A program made the position numbers and the translations under genes. A model generated the notes under the pieces. It worked only from the letters and a program-made list of their open reading frames with translations, searched no databases and was not told the origin of the DNA. A DNA stretch of 64,000 bases. Source: Terracidiphilus sp. Lineage in GTDB: Bacteria; Acidobacteriota; Terriglobia; Terriglobales; Acidobacteriaceae. Within the stretch, counting starts at the first letter, position 1. The number at the start of each line of letters is the position of its first letter. Where the stretch lies: assembly GCA_049522315.1 (NCBI GenBank), contig JBEKNY010000005.1, positions 47,550 to 111,549 of the forward strand, in the 5' to 3' direction. Below are positions 61,938 to 64,000 of this stretch, piece after piece.

Positions 61938-63088
61938 GCCGCATCGCCATCTTAGGTTCCGGCGCCTGGGGAACGGCCATCGCTCTCTCCCTCCACCGCC
62001 GTGGCGGCCACCAGATCATTCTCTGGGCCCACACCCCCGAGCTCGCCCACCAGATTCTTGATGCCGGTGAGAATACGCAATTTCTTCCCGGCTTTCCCAT
62101 CCCCCCCGCGATCGCCGTCACCGCTGACTGCGCCGCCATCACCGCCGCGGATATTCTGGTCTCCGCCATCCCCTCGGAGTTCCTGCGGCCCACCCTCCTC
62201 CGTATCCGCACGCATCTGCGCAACGGCCAAATCGTCCTCAGCGCGACCAAGGGCGTAGAAGACCGCACCTTCCTGCGCATGACCGAAGTCCTCGCCGATT
62301 GCCTCGGTCAACAGCAGTCGTCGCGTCAGGGCACGACGCGGCCCCCTCTGGGCCTCGTGCCGCAACCGGACGGGGAGAATTCGGGGGCTTCAGCCCCCGT
62401 CGCGCTAACTCCGCCTGCTCCGCTAACTCCGCTTTCTAGTCCCTCGTCCCTCGTCCCTAGTCCCTGTCTTCCTCCCATCGGCGCGCTCTCTGGCCCCAGT
62501 TTCGCTCTCGAAGTCGCCCAGGGCCAGCCCACCGCCGTCACCGTGGCCTTCACTGACCCGCAAGTCGCCGCCCTCGTCCAGCAGGAGTTCTCCTCCGAAT
62601 CCCTCCGCCTCTATACCTCCACCGATGTCATTGGCGTCGAGCTCGGCGGCGCGCTCAAAAACGTCATCGCCATCGCGGCCGGCATCGCCGTGGGCGTGGG
62701 CCTGGGCTCTAACTCCGCCGCCGCCCTCATCACCCGCGGCATCGTCGAGATCACGCGCCTCGCCGTGGCCTGCGGCGCGCGCCGCGAAACCCTCGCCGGC
62801 CTCTCCGGCGTGGGCGACCTGGTGCTCACCTGTACCGGCTCGCTCAGCCGCAACCGGACTGTCGGAGAACAACTCGGCCAGGGCCGCAAACTGCCGGAGA
62901 TTCTCGAATCTCTCGGCGGCAAGGTGGCGGAAGGCGTCCTCACCACCCGCGCCGCTCTCGGCCTCGCCCGCAAGCACGGCGTCGAGATGCCCATCGCCGA
63001 GCAGATGGAACTCATTCTGAATAAGGGCAAGGACCCCCGCGAAGCCATCCGCGACCTCATGCTCCGCCCCGGCAAAGAAGAGCGCTAA
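61934..63088 (+). CDS. gpsA: NAD(P)H-dependent glycerol-3-phosphate dehydrogenase with an internal ~50-aa insertion
   Basis: ILGSGAWGTA, ATKG, LSGPSFA, GGALKNVIA, GDLVLTC...SRN, AEGV. Confidence 0.96.
   Translation: MSRIAILGSGAWGTAIALSLHRRGGHQIILWAHTPELAHQILDAGENTQFLPGFPIPPAIAVTADCAAITAADILVSAIPSEFLRPTLLRIRTHLRNGQIVLSATKGVEDRTFLRMTEVLADCLGQQQSSRQGTTRPPLGLVPQPDGENSGASAPVALTPPAPLTPLSSPSSLVPSPCLPPIGALSGPSFALEVAQGQPTAVTVAFTDPQVAALVQQEFSSESLRLYTSTDVIGVELGGALKNVIAIAAGIAVGVGLGSNSAAALITRGIVEITRLAVACGARRETLAGLSGVGDLVLTCTGSLSRNRTVGEQLGQGRKLPEILESLGGKVAEGVLTTRAALGLARKHGVEMPIAEQMELILNKGKDPREAIRDLMLRPGKEER
62310..62470 (+). repeat. In-frame palindromic and heptamer repeat insertion inside gpsA
   Basis: GGCACGA..TCGTGCC and CGGGGGCT-TC-AGCCCCCG palindromes, CGCTAACTCCGC twice, and GTCCCTC/GTCCCTA heptamers. 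Confidence 0.8.
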
Positions 63089-63156
63089 ACCGCCCCCGGC
63101 AAACCCTGCGCCGAACCGCCCGCCCCCACTCCGGCACGGGCCATCGGTCCCTCTTC

Positions 63157-63202
63157 TCTGATCTCTGATCTCTGTTCCCTGTTCCCTGTTCCCTGTTCCC
63201 TG
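63157..63202. repeat. Heptamer tandem repeat (TCTCTGA/TTCCCTG), one of about 12 such arrays in the window
   Basis: CTCTGAT twice, CTCTGTT once, then CCCTGTT repeats. Confidence 0.85.
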
Positions 63203-63357
63203 AGGCGGGGCTGGAAAATGAGAGACACTGGGGCGCTTCACAGGACCTATGCTCTGAACGAGGCTCAACCTATGCTCAATGAGCGCATTGGCCTGATCGC
63301 ATCAACTGAGCCCACCACCGGCCTTGCTGCTGCAAGACCGGCGCGGACTCAACTCCA

Positions 63358-64000
63358 TTACATCGAGATGCTGATCGCAATTCCGATGCCCGGATACCTG
63401 TCGTCGTACAGGTAGTAACCGTCGTTCTCGTAAACCACGTAGACGTCGTCGGTGTCATACCAGTCATTCGACCAGTATCCCGGCCATGGGTCGAGAAGCG
63501 TAATCCAATAGCCGTTGTACTGGAAACGCGGGTATCCATTAAAGACCATGAAGGGAAGACCGTAGATCCGAAACACATTCCGCTGCCCAAAGTAGCCGCT
63601 GTACCGAGCGTCAGGAACACGGTAGCCGTTGTAGCCGCCGCGTTGTTGCCAGTTGCGGTGGTCTGACTGCCAGTTCCCTGCGCGGTGATTTTGCCAGGTG
63701 GTCTGCTCCTCACGCTGCTGTGCGTCGGTGCGCTGCGGTTGCTGTTGTTGCCGCTGCGCCTGCCTCTGGTTGTTCTGGTTCTGCTGTTGCTGGGCGCGCT
63801 GTTGCTGCTGCGCCTGTTTCTGTATGTTCTGGTTCTGCTGTTGCTGGGCGCGCTGTTGCTGCTGCGCCTGCTTCTGTGTGTTCTGGTTCTGCTGTTGCTG
63901 GGCGCGCTGTTGCTGCTGCGCCTGCTTCTGTGTGTTCTGGTTCTGCTGTTGCTGAGCGCGCTGTTGCTGCTGCGCCTGTTTCTGTGTGTTCTGGTTCTGC
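63358..64000 (-). CDS. Gln-rich repeat protein with a W/Y-rich C-terminal domain (5' end lies outside the window)
   Basis: The minus frame is open to the window edge: (QNQNTQKQAQQQQRAQQQ)n, then WQQRGGYNGYRVP...RFQYNGYWITLLDPWPGYW...DDVYVVY. Confidence 0.85.
   Translation of the reverse strand, partial: QNQNTQKQAQQQQRAQQQQNQNTQKQAQQQQRAQQQQNQNTQKQAQQQQRAQQQQNQNIQKQAQQQQRAQQQQNQNNQRQAQRQQQQPQRTDAQQREEQTTWQNHRAGNWQSDHRNWQQRGGYNGYRVPDARYSGYFGQRNVFRIYGLPFMVFNGYPRFQYNGYWITLLDPWPGYWSNDWYDTDDVYVVYENDGYYLYDDRYPGIGIAISISM
63772..64000 (-). repeat. 54-bp tandem repeat (at least 4.2 units)
   Basis: Units start at 63772, 63826, 63880, 63934 and 63988. Confidence 0.95.

Noticed and set aside
63276-63713. 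Minus-strand ORF 63276..63713 and plus-strand Cys-rich ORF 63698..63955
   Set aside because: Alternative frames of the Gln-rich gene ending at 63358; the poly-Cys is the antisense reading of Gln codons.

Overview
GC-rich bacterial chromosome window, most likely from an Acidobacteriaceae member. This is inferred from the gene families, the VPEGG-type sorting tail and the repeat style, not from a database hit. The core backbone is: acnA 3' end; rpmI-rplT-pheS-pheT-zapB-zapA; bfr; an aminotransferase and purine nucleoside phosphorylase; an orphan nuoI; UbiD/UbiA-family quinone genes; a split dcw cluster (mraY-murD-ftsW-murG / murC-ftsQ-ftsA-ftsZ plus a small transpeptidase); a leuA-leuB-leuC-leuD-ilvD-ilvB-ilvN-ilvC operon with a divergent LysR gene; pheA; plsY; and gpsA. 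The accessory layer has five main parts. (i) A ~7-kb island is bracketed by two copies of a 118-bp TA-flanked MITE-like element (4 copies in the window). It encodes GH12-like secreted proteins, one with an apparently catalytically dead GH12 domain, and a secreted protein whose VPEGG membrane-anchor tail lies in frame behind a single UGA. (ii) A PilZ-Abi-alpha-like fusion protein. (iii) A small HNH nuclease preceded by a structured non-coding leader. (iv) Two decayed BrnT/BrnA toxin-antitoxin loci. (v) Palindromic and 7-mer repeats that sit between genes and also appear in frame inside gpsA, pheT and the ubiD-family gene. No rRNA, tRNA or CRISPR array was found. All domain calls come from motif recognition by eye; no searches or folding programs were run.
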